Assembly: GCF_036321535.1 (NCBI RefSeq)
Contig: NC_087436.1
Span: 1,798,001 to 1,862,000 of the forward strand
Source: Camelus dromedarius
Taxonomy: Eukaryota
Reading direction: 5' to 3'
Length of the DNA stretch: 64,000 bases
The notes under the pieces are model-generated. The model had not been told where the DNA came from and searched no databases. It saw only the letters and a program-made list of their open reading frames with translations. This document shows, piece after piece, positions 26,001 through 39,700 of this stretch. The stretch's first letter is position 1; each line of letters starts with the position of its first letter. The position numbers and the translations under genes are program-made.

Positions 26001-28134
26001 TTACTCTGGTTTCTCAGTCTGTTTCCTAGTGCCGGTTTGAAGTTCCTGAAGTTTTCACTGTAAAACCGAGTTGGAGCTAGTACATCCCCATATATATGTA
26101 TGGAGTGGAGTTTGCAACTGAAAAGAAACTTTGTGTTCCCAACAAGCTAGGTGAAGGACGGCTTTCAGACACAATTATATCTCAGAATTGAGCATGTGGA
26201 GAGACGTTCGTTCATCTAGCAAAAAGGGAACAGGTTGCAGGAGAAACTTTTACTCTGGTTTCTCAGTCTGTTTCCTAGTGCCGGTTTGAAGTTCCTGCAG
26301 TTTTCACTGTAAAACCGAGTTGGAGCTTGTACCTCCCCATATATATGTATGGAGTGGAGTTTGCAACTGAAAAGAAACTTTGTGTTCCCAACAAGCTAGG
26401 TGAAGGACGGCATTCACACACAATTATCTCTCAGAACTGAGCATGTGGAGAGACGTTCGTGCATCTATCACAAACGGAACGGTTTGCAGGAGAAAGTTTT
26501 TCTCTGTTTCTCAGTCTGTTTCCTAGTGCCGGTTTGAAATTCCTGCAGTGTTCACTGTAAAACCGAGTTGGAGCTAGTACTTCCCCATATATATGTATGG
26601 GGTGGAGTTTGCAACTGAAAAGAAACTTTGTGTTCCCAACAAGCTAGGTGAAGGACGGCTTTCACACACACTTATCTCTCAGAACTGAGAATGTGGAGAG
26701 ACGTTCGTTCATCAAGCACAATGTGAAAGGGTTGCAGGAGAAACATTTACTCTGTATCTCAGTCTGTTTCCTAGTGCCGGTTTGAAGTTCCTGCAGTTTT
26801 CACTGTAAAACCGAGTTGGAGCTTGTACCTCCATATATATATGTATGGAGTGGAGTTTGCAACTGAAAAGAAACTTTGTGTTCCCAACAAGCTATGTGAA
26901 GGACCGCATTCACACACAATTATCTCTCAGAACTGAGCATGTGGAGAGTCATTCGTTCATCTAGCAAAAACGGAACGGTTTACAGGGGAAACTTTTACTC
27001 TGTTTCTCAGTCTGTTTCCTAGTGACGGTTTGAAGTTCCTGCAGTTTTCATTGTAAAACCGAGTTGGAGCTAGTACCTCCCCATATATATGTATGGAGTG
27101 GAGTTTGCATCTGAAAAGGAAATTTGTGTTCCCAAAAAGCTAGGTGAAGGACGGCTTTCACCCACACTTATCTCTCAGAATTGAGCATGTGGAGAGACGT
27201 TCGTTCACCGAGCAAAAAGGGAACGAGTTGCAGGAGAAACTTTTACTCTGGTTTCTCAGTCTGTTTCCTAGTGCCATTTTGAAGTTCCTGCAGTTTTCAC
27301 TGTAATACCGAGTTGGAGCTAGTACATCCCCATAAATATGGTTGGAGTGGAATTTGCAACTGAAAAGAAACTTTGTGTTCCCTAAAAGCTAGGTGAAGGA
27401 CGGCTATCACACACACTTATCTCTTAGAACTGAGCATGCGGAGAGACGTTCGTTCATCTAGCACAAAGGGAACGGGTTGCAGGAGAAACTTTTACTCTGG
27501 TTTCTCAGTCTGTTTCCTAGTGCCGGTTTGAAGTTCCTGCAGTTTTCACTGTAAAACCAATTTTCAGCTTGTACCTCCCCATATATATGTATGGAGTGGG
27601 GTTTGCAACTGAAAAGAAACTTTGTGTTCCCAACAAGCTAGGTGAAGGACGGCTTTCACACACACTTATCTCTCAGAACTGAGCATGTGGAGAGACGTTT
27701 GTTCATCTAGCACAAAGGGAACGGGTTTCAGGAGAAACTTTACTCTGGTTTCTCAGTCTGTTTCCTAGTGCCGTTTTGAAGTTCCGGCAGTATTCACTGT
27801 AAAACAGAGTTGGAGCTTGTACCTCCCCATATATATGTATGGAGTGGAGTTTGCAACTGAAAAGAAACTTTGTGTTCCCAACAAGCTAGGTGAAGGACGG
27901 CTTTCACACACACTTATCTCTCAGAACTGAGCATGTGGAGAGACGTTTGTTCATCTAGCACAAAGGGAACGGGTTTCAGGAGAAACTTTACTCTGGTTTC
28001 TCAGTCTGTTTCCTAGTGCCGTTTTGAAGTTCCTGCAGTTTTCACTGTAAAACCGTTGGAGCTAGTACCTCCCCATATATATATGTGGAGTGGAGTTTGC
28101 AACTGAAAAGAAACTTTGTGTTCCCAAAAAGCTA
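11800..28134. repeat. Higher-order tandem duplication of a 33-monomer (8183-8184 bp) unit
   Basis: Identical ORF pairs 11834/20018, 12598/20782, 13568/21752 (8184) and 14370/22553, 15003/23186, 16044/24227 (8183). The rare variant gccttttttttagt occurs at ~17088 and ~25271. Confidence 0.92.
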
Positions 28135-31100
28135 GGTGAAGGACGGCTTTCACCCACACTTATCTCTCAGAATTGAGCATGTGGAGAGACATTCTTTCAC
28201 CTAGCAAAAATGGAACGAGTTGCAGGAGTAAATTTTTCTCTGGTTTCTCAGTCTCTTTCCTAGTGCCATTTTGAAGTTCCTGCAGTTTTCACTGTAATAC
28301 CGAGTTGGAGCTAGTACCTCCCCATAAATATGGTTGGAGTGGAATTTGCAACTGAAAAGAAACTTTGTGTTCCCTAAAAGCTAGGTGAAGGACGGCTTTC
28401 ACACACACTTATATCTTAGAACTGAGCATGCGGAGAGACGTTCGTTCATCTAGCACAAATGGAACTGGTTGCAGGAGAAATTTTACTCTGGTTTCTTAGT
28501 CTGTTTCCTAGTGCCGGTTTGAAGTTCCTGCACTTTTCACTGTAAAACCGAGTTTCAGCTAGTACCTCCCCATATATATGTATGGAGTGGAGTTTGCAAC
28601 TGAAAAAAAACTTTGTGTTCCCAACAAGCTAGTTGAAGGACGGCTATCACACACACTTATCTCTCAGAACTGAGCATGTGAAGAGTGTTCGTTCATCTAG
28701 CACAAAGGGAACGGGTTTCAGGAGAAACTTTTACTCTGGTTTCTCAGTCTGTTTCCTAGTGCCGGTTTAATGTTCCTGCAGTTTTCTCTGTAAAACCGAG
28801 TTGGAGCTAGTACCTCACCATATATATGTATGGAGTGGTGCTTGCAACAGAAAAGAAACTGTGTTCCCAAGAATCTAGGTGAAGGACGGCTTTCACACCC
28901 AATTATCTCTCAGAACTGAGCATGTGAAGTGTGTTCGTTCATCTAGCACAAAGGGAACGGGTTTCAGGAGAAACTTTTACTCTGTTTTCTCAGTCTGTTT
29001 CCTAGTGCCGGTTTGATGTTCCTGCTGTTTTCACTGTAAAACCGTTGAAGCTAGTACCTCCCCATATATATATATGGATTGGAGTTTGCAACTGAAAAGA
29101 AACTTTGTGTTCCCAAAAAGCTATGTGAAGGACGGCTTTCACCCACAATTATCTCTCAGAATTGAGCATGTGTTGAGACGTTCGTTCACCTAGCAAAAAG
29201 GGAACGAGTTGCAGGAGTAACTTTTACTCTGGTTTCTCAGTCTGTTTCCTAGTGCCATTTTGAAGTTCCTGCTGTTTTCACTGTAATACCGAGTTTTAGC
29301 TAGTACCTCCCCATAAATATGTTTGGAGTGGAATTTGAAACTGAAAAGAAACTTTGTGTTCCCTAAAAGCTAGGTGAAGGACTGCTTTCACACACACATA
29401 TCTCTTAGAACTGAGCATGCGGAGAGACGTTCGTTCATCTAGCACAAAGGGAACTGGTTGCAGGAGAAATTTTACTCTGGTTTCTCAGTCTGTTTCCTAG
29501 TGCCGTTTGGAAGTTCCTGCAGTTTTCACTGTAAAACCGAGTTGGAGCTAGTACCTCCCAATATATATGTATGGAGTGGAGTTTGCAACTGAAAAGAAAC
29601 TTTGTGTTCCCAACAAGCTAGTTGAAGGACGGCTTTCACACACACTTATCTCTCAGAACTGAGCATGTGAAGAGTGTTCGTTCATCTAGCACAAAGTGAA
29701 TGGGTTTCAGGAGAAACTTTTACTCTGGTTTCTCAGTCTGTTTCCTAGTGCCGGTTTAATGTTCCTGCAGTTTTCCCTGTAAAACCGAGTTGGAGCTAGT
29801 ACCTCCCCATATATATGTATGGAGTGGAGTTTGCAACAGAAAAGAAACTGTGTTCCAAAGAAGCTATGTGAAAGACGGCTTTCACACCCAATTATCTCTT
29901 AGAACTGAGCATGTGAAGTGTGTTCGTTCATCTAGCACAAAGGGAACGGGTTTCAGGAGAAACTTTTACTCTGGTTTCTCAGTCTGTTTCCTAGTGCCGG
30001 TTTGAAGTTCCTGCAGTTTTCACTGTATAAAAGAGTTTAAGCTTGTACCTCCCCATATATATTTATGGATTGGAGTTTGCAACTGAAAAGAATCTTTGTG
30101 TTCCCAACAAGCTAGGTGAAGGACGGCTTTCACACACACTTATCTCTCAGAACTGAGCATGTGGAGAGACGTTCTTTCATCAAGCACAAAGGGAACGGTT
30201 TGCAGATGAAAATATTACTCTGGATTCTCAGTCTGTTTCCTAGTGCCGGTTGAAGTTCCTGATGTTTTCACTGTAAAACCGAGTTGGGGCTAGTACCTAC
30301 CCATATATATGTATGGAGTGGAGATTGCATCTGAAAAGAAACTTTGTGTTCCCCACAAGCTAGGTGAAGGACGGCTTTCACACACACTTATCTCTGAGAA
30401 CTGAGCATGTGAAGAGTGTTCGTTCATCTAGCACAAAGGGAACGGGATGCAGGAGAAAATTTTACTCTGGTTTCTCAGTCTGTTTCCTAGTGCCGGGTTG
30501 AAGTTCCTGCAGTTTTCACTGTAAAACCGTTGGAGCTAGTACTTCCCCATATATATGTATGGCGTGGAGTTTGCCACTGAAAAGAAACTTTGTGTTCCCA
30601 AAAAGCTAGGTGAATGAACGGCTTTCACCCACACTTATCTCTCAAAATTGAGCATGTGGAGAGACGTTCGTTCACCTAGGAAAAAGGGAATGAGTTGCAA
30701 GAGTAACTTTTACTCTGGTTTCTCAGTCTGTATCCTAGTGCCGGTTTAAAGTTCCTGCAGTTTTCTCTGTAAAACCGAGTTGGAGCTAGTACCTCCACAT
30801 ATATATGTATGGAGTGGTGTTTGCAACAGAAAAGAAACTGTGTTCCCAAGAATCTAGGTGAAGGACGGCATTCACACCCAATTATCTCTCAGAACTGAGC
30901 ATGTGAAGTGTGTTCGTTCATCTAGCACAAAGGGAACGGGTTTCAGGAGAAACTTTTACTCTGGTTTCTCAGTCTGTTTCCTAGTGCCGGTTTGAAGTTC
31001 CTGCAGTTTTCACTGTAAAACCGAGTTGGAGCTAGTACCTCCCCATATATATGTATGGAGTGGAGTTTGCAACTGAAAAGAATTTTTGTGTTCCCAACAA

Positions 31101-34100
31101 TCTAGGTGAAGGACGGCTTTCACACACACTTATCTCTCAGAACTGAGCATGTGGAGAGACTTTCGTTCATCTAGCACAAAGGGAACGGGATGCAGGGGAA
31201 ACTTTACTCTGGTTTCTCAGTCTGTTTCCTGTTGTCGGTTAGAAGTTCCTGCAGTTTTCACAGTAAAACCGATTTGGAGCTAGTGCCTCCCCATAAATAT
31301 ATATGGAGTGGAGTTTGCAACTGAAAAGAATCTTTGTGTTCCCAAAATGCTAGGTGAAGGACGGCTTTCACACACACTTATCTCTCAGATCTGAGCATGT
31401 GGAGAGACTTTCGTTCATCACGCACAAAGAGAACGGGTTGCAGGGGAAAGTTTTACTCTGTTTCTCAGTCTGTTTCCTAGTGCCGGTTTGAAGTTCCTGC
31501 AGTTTTATCTGTAAAACCGATTTGGAGCTAGTACTTCCCCATATATATGTATGGAGTGGGGTTTGAAACAGAAAAGAAACTGTGTTCCCAAGAAGCTAGG
31601 TGAAGGACGGCTTTCACACACAGTTATCTCTCAGAACTGAGCATGTGAAGAGTGTTCGTTCATCTAGCACAAAGGGAACGGGATGCAGGGGTAACTTTTA
31701 CTCTGGTTTCTCAGCATTTTTCCTAGTGCCGGTTTGAAGTTCCTGCAGTTTTCACTGTAAAACCGAGTTTGAGCTAGTACCTCCCCATATATATGTATGG
31801 AGTAGAGTTTGCAACTGAAAAGAAACTTTGTGTTCCCAACAAGCTAGGTGAAGGACGGCTTTCACACACACTTATCTCTCAGAAATGTGCATGTGGGGAG
31901 ACGTTCGTTCATCTAGCACAAAGGGAACGGTTTGCAGGAGAAACTTTTACTCTGGTTTCTCAGTCTGATTCCTAGTGCCGGTTTGAAGTTCCTGCAGATT
32001 TCACTGTAAAACAGTTGGAGCTAGTACCTCCCAATATATATGTATGGAGTGGGGTTTGCAACTGAAAAGAAACTGTGTTCCCAAGAAGCTAGGTGAAGGA
32101 CGGCTTTCACACACACTTATCTCTCAGAACTGAGCATGTTGAGAGACGATCGTTCATCTAGCACAAAGGGAACGGGTCGCAGAATAAACTTTTTCTCTGT
32201 ATTCTCAGGCTGTTTCCTAGTGCCGGTTTGAAGTTCCTGCTGTTTTCACTGTAAAACCGAGTTGGAGCTACTACTTCCCCATATATATGTATGGGGTGCA
32301 GTTTGCAACTGAAAAGAAACTTTGTGTTCCCAACAAGCTAGGTGAAGTGCGGCTTTCACAGACACTTATCTCTCAGAACTGAGAATGTGGAGAGACGTTC
32401 GTTCATCAAGCACAAAATGAAAGGGTTGCAGGAGAAACTATTACTCTGTTTCTCAGTCTGTGTCCTAGTGCCGGTTTGAAGTTCCTGCAGTTTTCACTGT
32501 AAAACCGAGTTGGAGCTTGTACCTCCCCATATATATGTATGGAGTGGAGTTTGCAACTGAAAAGAAACTTTGTGTTCAAAACAAGCTAGGTGAAGGTCCG
32601 CATTCACACACAATTATCTCTCCGAACTGAGCATGTGGAGAGTCATTCGTTCATCTAGCACAAACGGAACGGTTTGCAGGAGAAACTTTTACTCTGTTTC
32701 TCAGTCTGTTTCATAGTGCCGGTTTGAAGTTCCTGCTGTTTTCACTGTAAAACCGAGTTGGGGCTAGTACCTACCCATATATAAGTATGGAGTGGATTTT
32801 GCATCTGAAAAGAAACATTGTGTTCCCCACAATCTAGGTGAAGTTCGGCTTTCCCACACACTTATCTCTCAGAACTGAGCATGTGGAGAGACGTTCGTTC
32901 ATCTAGCACAAAAGGAACGGGTTGCAGGAGAAAGTTTTACTCTGGAATCTCAGTCTGTTTCCTAGTGCCGGTTTGAAGTTCCTGCAGTTTTCACTGTAAA
33001 ACCGAGTTGGAGCTAGTACCTACCCATATATATGTATGGAGTGGAGTTTGCATCTGAAAAGAACTTTGTGTTCCCAACAAGCTAGGTGAAGGACGGCTTT
33101 CACACACATATATCTCTCAGAACTGAGCATGTTGAGAGGCATTCGTTCACCTAGCACAAATGGAACGGTTTGCAGGAGAAACTTTTACTCTGGTTTCTCA
33201 GTCTGTTTCCTAGTGCCGGTATGAAGTTCCTGCATTTTTCACTGTAAAACCGATTTGGGGCTAGTACTTCCAAATATATATGTATGGAGTGCAGTTTGCA
33301 AATGAAAAGAAACTTTGTGTTCCCTACAAGCTAGGTGAAGGACGGCTTTCACACACACTTATCTCTCAGAACTGAGCATATGGAGAGACGTTCGTTCATC
33401 TAGCACAAAGGGAACGGTTTGCAGGAGAAACTTTTACTCTGGTTTCTCAGTTTGTTTCCTGTTGCCGGTTTGAAGTTCCAGCAGTTTTCACTGTAAACAC
33501 GAGTTGGGGCTTGTACCTACCCATATATATGTATGGAGTGGAGTTTGCATTTGAAAAGAAACTTTGTGTTCCCAACAAGCTAGGTGAAGGACGGCTTTCA
33601 CACACATTTATCTCTCAGAACTGAGCATGTGGAGAGACGTTCGTTCATCTAGCACAATTGGAACGGGTTGCAGGAGAAACTTTTACTCTGGTTTCTCAGT
33701 CTGTTTCCTAGTGCCGGTTTGAAGTTCCTGCAGTTTTCACTGTAAAACCGAGTTGGAGCTAGTACCTCCCCATATATATGTATGGAATGGAGTTTGCAAC
33801 TGAAAAGAAACTTTGTGTTCCCAAAAAGCTAGGTGAAGGACGGCTTTCACACACACTTATCTCTCAGAAATGAGCATGTGGAGAGACGTTCGTTCATAAA
33901 TCACAAAGGGAACGGGTTGCAGGAGAAACTTTTACTCTGTTTCTCAGTATGTTTCCTAGTGCCGTTTTGAAGTTCCTGCAGTTTTCACTGTAAAACCGAG
34001 TTGGAGCTAGTACTTCCCCATATATATGTATGGGGTGGAGTTTGCAACTGAAAAGAAAATTGGTGTTCTCAACAAGCTAGGTGAAGGGCGGCTTTCACAC

Positions 34101-35500
34101 ACACTTATCTCTCAGAACTGAGAATGTGGAGAGACGTTCGTTCATCAAGCACAAAGTGAAAGGGTTGCAGGAGAAACTATTACTCTGTTTCTCAGTCTGT
34201 TTCCTAGTGCCGGTTTGAAGTTCCTGCAGTTTTCACTGTAAAACCGAGTTGGAGCTTGTACCTCCCCATATATATGTATGGAGTGGAGTTTGCAAATGAA
34301 AAGAAACTTTGTGTTCCCAACAAGCTAGGTGAAGGTCCGCATTCACACACAATTATCTCTCCGAACTGAGCATGTGGAGAGTCATTCGTTCATCTAGCAC
34401 AAACGGAACGGTTTGCAGGAGAAACTTTTACTCTGTTTCTCAGTCTGTTTCCTAGTGCCGGTTTGAAGCTCCTGCAGTTTTCATTGTAAAATCGAGTTGG
34501 AGCTAGTACCTCCCCATATATATGTATGGAGTTGAGTTTGCATCTGAAAAGAAAATTTGTGTTCCCAAAAAGCTAGGTGAAGGACGGCTTTCACCCACAC
34601 TTATCTCTCAGAATTGAGCATGTGGAGAGACGTTCGTTCACCGAGCAAAAAGGGAACGAGTTGCAGGAGTAACATTTACTCTGGTTTCTCAGTCTGTTTC
34701 CTAGTGCCATTTTGAAGTTCCTGCAGTTTTCACTGTAATACCGAGTTGGAGCTAGTACATCCCCATAAATATGGTTGGATTGGTATTTGCAACTGAAAAG
34801 AAAATTTGTGTTCCCTAAAATTAGGTGAAGGACGGCTTTCACACACTCTTATCCCTTAGAACTGAGCATGCGGAGAGACGTTCGTTCATCTAGCACAAAG
34901 GGAACGGGTTGCAGGAGAAACTTTTACTCTGGTTTCTCAGTCTGTTTCCTAGTGCCGGTTTGAAGTTCCTGCAGTTTTCACTGTAAAACCAATTTTCAGC
35001 TTGTACCTCCCCATATATATGTATGGAGTGGGGTTTGCAACTGAAAAGAAACTTTGTGTTCCCAACAAGCTAGGTGAAGGACGGCTTTCACACACACTAA
35101 TCTCTCAGAACTGAGCATGTGTACAGTGTTCGTTCATGTAGAACAAAGGGAACGGGTTTCAGGAGAAACTTTTACTCTGGTTTCTCAGTCTGTTTCCTAG
35201 TGCCGGTTTAAAGTTCCTGCAATTTTCTCTGTAAAACCGAGTTGGAGCTAATACCTCCCCAAATATATGTATGGAGTGGTGTTTGCAACAGAAAAGAAAC
35301 TGTGTTTCAAAGAAGGTAGGTGAAGGATGGCTTTCACACACAATTATCTCTCAGAACTGAGCATGCGAAGAGTGTTCGTTCATCTAGCACAAAGGGAACG
35401 GGTTTCAGGAGGAACTTTTACTCTGGTTTCTCAGTCTGTTTCCTAGTGCCGGTTTGAAGTTCCGGCAGTTTTCACTGTAAAACAGAGTTGGAGCTTGTAC
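28135..35500. repeat. Diverged relatives of the left-hand higher-order unit
   Basis: Same ordered variants with extra substitutions: ORF 29790 resembles 21856 (offset 7934, 32 monomers) and ORF 35159 resembles 3675. The marker cctgttgtcggttagaag occurs at ~31228 as at ~7675, ~14863 and ~23046. Confidence 0.8.
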
Positions 35501-36789
35501 CTCCCCATATATATGTATGGAGTGGAGTTTGCAACTGAAAATAAACTTTGTGTTCCCTACAAGCTAGGTGAAGGACGGCTTTCACACACAATTATCTCTC
35601 AGAACTGAGCATGTGGAGAGTCATTCGTTCATCTAGCACAAACGGAACGGTTTGCAGGAGAAACTTTTACTCTGGTTTCTCAGTCTGTTTCCTAGTTCTG
35701 GCTTGAAGTTCCTGCAGTTTTCACTGTAAAACAGTGTTGGAGCTAGTACCTCCCCATATATATGTATGGAGTGGAGTTTGCATCTGAAAAGAAACTTTGT
35801 TTTCCCAACAAGCTAGGTGAAGGACGGCTTTCACACACACTTATCTCTCAGAACTGAGCATGTGGAGAGACGTTCGTTCATCTAGCACAAAGGGAACGGG
35901 TTGCAGGAGAAACTTTTACTCTGGTTTCTCAGTCTGTTTCCTAGTGCCGGTTTGAAGTTCCTGCAGTTTTCACTGTAAAACCGAGTTGGGGCTAGTACCT
36001 ACCCATATATATATATGGAGTGGAGTTTGCAACTGAAAAGAAACTTTGTGTTCCCTACAAGCTTGGTGAAGGACGGCATTCAAACACACTTTTCTCTCAG
36101 ATCTGAGCAAGTGGAGAGACGTTCGTTTATAAAGAACAAAGTGAACGGATTGCAGGAGAAACTTTTACTCTTGTTTCTCAGTCTGTTTCCTGTTGCCGGT
36201 TTGAAGTTCCTGCAGTTTTCACTGTAAAACCGAGTTGGGGCTAGTACCTACCCATATATATGTATGGAGTGGATTTTGCATCTGAAAAGAACTTTGTGTT
36301 CCCAACAAGCTAGTTGAAGGACGGCTTTCACACACATTTATCTCTCAGAACTGAGCATGTGGAGAGACGTTCGTTCATCTAGCACAATTGGAACGGGTTG
36401 CAGGAGAAACATTTACTCTGGTTTCTCAGTCTGTTTCCTAGTGCCGGTTTGAAGTTCCTGCAGTTTTCACTTTAAAAGCGAGTTGGAGCTAGTACCTCCC
36501 CATATATATGTATGGAGTGGAGTTTGCAACTGAAAAGAAACTTTGTGTTCCCAACAAGCTAGGTGAAGGACGGCTTTCACACACACTTATCTCTCAGAAC
36601 TGAGCATGTTTAGAGACGTTCGTTCATCTAGCACAAAGGGAACGGGTTGCAGGAGAAACTTTTACTCTGGTTTCTCAGTCTGTTTCCTACTGCCGGTTTG
36701 ATGTTCCTGCAGTTTTCACAGTAAAACCGAGTTGGAACTAGTACCTCCCCATATATATGTATGGAGTGGAGTTTGCAACTGAAAAGGAA

Positions 36790-39700
36790 CTTTGTGTTCC
36801 CAAAAAGCCTGGTGAAGGACGGCTTTCACACACACTTATATCTCAGAACTGAGCATGTGGAGAGACGTTCGTTCACCTAGCAAAAATGGAACGAGTTGCA
36901 GTAGTAACTTTTACTCTGGTTTCTCAGTCTGTTTCCTAGTGCCAGTTTGAAGTTCCTGCAGTTTTCACTGTAAAACCGAGTTGGAGCTAGTACCTCCCCT
37001 TATATATATATGGTTTGGAGTTTGCAACTTAAAAGAAACTTTGTGTTCCCAACAAGCTAGGTGAAGGACCGCTTTCACACACACTTATCTCTCAGAACTG
37101 AGCATGTGGAGAGACATACCTTCATGAAGCACAAAGGGAACGGGTTGCAGAAGAAAATTTTACTCTGTTTCTCAGTGTGTTTCCTAGTGCCGTTTTGAAG
37201 TTCCTGCAGTTTTCACTGTAAAACCGATTTGGAGGTAGTACCTCCCCATATATATGTATGGAGTGGAGTTTGCAACTGAAAAGAAACTTTGTGTTCCCAA
37301 CAAGCTTGGTGAAGGACGGCTTTCACACACAATTATCTCTGAACTGAGCATGTGGAGAGTCATTCGTTCATCTAGCACAAACGGAACGGCTTGCAGGATA
37401 TACTTTTACTCTGATTTCTCAGTCTGTTTCCTAGTGCCGGTTTGAAGTTGCTGCAGTTTTCACTGTAAAACCGAGTTATGGCTAGTACCTCCCCATATAT
37501 ATATATGGAGTGGAGTTTGCAACTGAAAAGAAACTTTGTGTTCCCAAAAAGCTAGTTGAAGCACGGCTTTCACACACACTTATCTCTCAGAACTGAGCAT
37601 GTGGAGAGACGTCCGTTCATAAAGCACAAATGGAACGGGTTGCAGGAGAAACTTTTACTCTGTTTCTCAGTCTGTTTCCTAGTGCCGTTTTGAAGTTCCT
37701 GCAGTTTTCACTGTAAAACCCAGTTGGAGCTAGGACCTTCCCATATATATGTATGGAGTGGAGTTTGCATCTGAAAAGAACTTTGTGTTCCCAACAAGCT
37801 AGGTGAAGGAAGGCTTTCACACACATATATCTCTCAGAACTGAGCATGTGGAGAGGCATTCGTTCACCTAGCACAAATGGAACGGTTTGCAGGAGAAACT
37901 TTTACTCTGGTTTCTCAGTCTGTTTCCTAGTGCCGGTATGAAGTTCCTGCGTTTTTCACTGTAAAACCGATTTGGGGCTAGTACCACCCCTTATATATAT
38001 ATTGGTGGAGTTTGCAACTGAAAAGAAACTTGGTGTTCCCAACAAGCTATGTGAAGGACGGCTTTCACACACACATATCTCTCAGAACTGAGCATGTGGA
38101 TAGACGTTCGTTCATCTAGCACAAAGGGAACGGGTTGCAGGAGAAACTTTTATTCTGGTTTCTCATTCTGTTTCCTAGTGCCGGTTTGAAGTTCCTGCAG
38201 TTTTCATTGTAAAACCGAGTTGGGGCTAGTACCTCCCCATATATATGTATGGAGTGGAGTTTGAAACTGAAAAGAAACTTTGTGTTCCCAACAAGCTAGG
38301 TGAAGTGCGGCTTTCACACACAATTATCTCTCAGAACTGAGCATGTGGAGAGTCATTCGTTCATCTAGCACAAAGGGAAAGGGTTGCAGGAGAAACTTTT
38401 ACTCTGGTTTCTCATTCTGTTTCCTAGTGCCGGTTTGAAGTTCCTGCAGTTTTCATTGTAAAACCGAGTTGGGGCTAGTACCTACCCATATATATGTATG
38501 GAGTGGAGTTTGCAACTGAAAAGAAACTTTGTGTTCCCAACAAGCTAGTTGAAGGACGGCTTTCACACACACTTATCTCTCAGAACTGAGCATGTGGATA
38601 GACGTTCGTTCATCTAGCACAAAGGGAACGGGTTGCAGGAGAAACTTTTACTCTGGTTTTTCAGTCTGTTTCCTAGTGCCGCTGTGAAGTTCAAGCAGTT
38701 TTCACTGTAAAACCGAGTTGGAGATTGTACCTCCCCATATATATGTATGGAGTGGACTTTGCAACTGAAAAGGAACTTTGTGTTCCCAAAAAGCCTGGTG
38801 AAGAACGGCTTTCACACACACGTATCTCTCAGAACTGAGCATGTGGAGAGACGTTCGTTCACCTAGCAAAAATGGAACGAGTTGCAGTAGTAACTTTTAC
38901 TCTGGTTTCTCAGTCTGTTTCCTAGTGCCGGTTTGAAGTTCCTGCAGTTTTCACTGTAAAACCGAGTTTGGGCTAGTACCTCCCCATATATATATATGGA
39001 GTGGAGTTTGCAACTGAAAAGAAACTTTGTGTTCCCAACAAGCTAGGTGAAGGACGGCTTTCACACACACTTATCTCTCAGAACTGAGCATGTGGAGAGA
39101 CGTACCTTCATCAAGCACAAAGGGAACGGGTTGCAGGAGAAAATTTTACTCTGTTTCTCAGTGTGTTTCCTAGTGCCGTTTTGAAGTTCCTGCAGTTTTC
39201 ACTGTAAAACCGATTTGGAGCTAGTACCTCCCCATATATATGTATGGAGTGGAGTTTGCAACTGAAAAGAAACTTTGTGTTCCCAACAAGCTAAGTGAAG
39301 GACGGCTTTCACACACAATTATCTCTGAACTGAGCATGTGGAGAGTCATTCGTTCATCTAGCACAAACGGAACGGGTTGCAGGAGATACTTTTACTCTGA
39401 TTTCTCAGTCTGTTTCCTAGTGCCGGTTTGAAGTTCCTGCATTTTTCACTGTAAAACCGAGTTGGGGCTAGTACCTCCCCATATATATATATGGAGTGGA
39501 GTTTGCAACTGAAAAGAAACTTTGTGTTCCCAAAAAGCTAGTTGAAGCACGGCTTTCACACACACTTATGTCTCAGAACTGAGCATGTGGAGAGACGTCC
39601 GTTCATAAAGCACAAATGGAACGGGTTGCAGGAGAAACTTTTACTCTGTTTCTCAGTCTGTTTCCTAGTGCCGGTTTGAAGTTCCTGCAGTTTTCACTGT

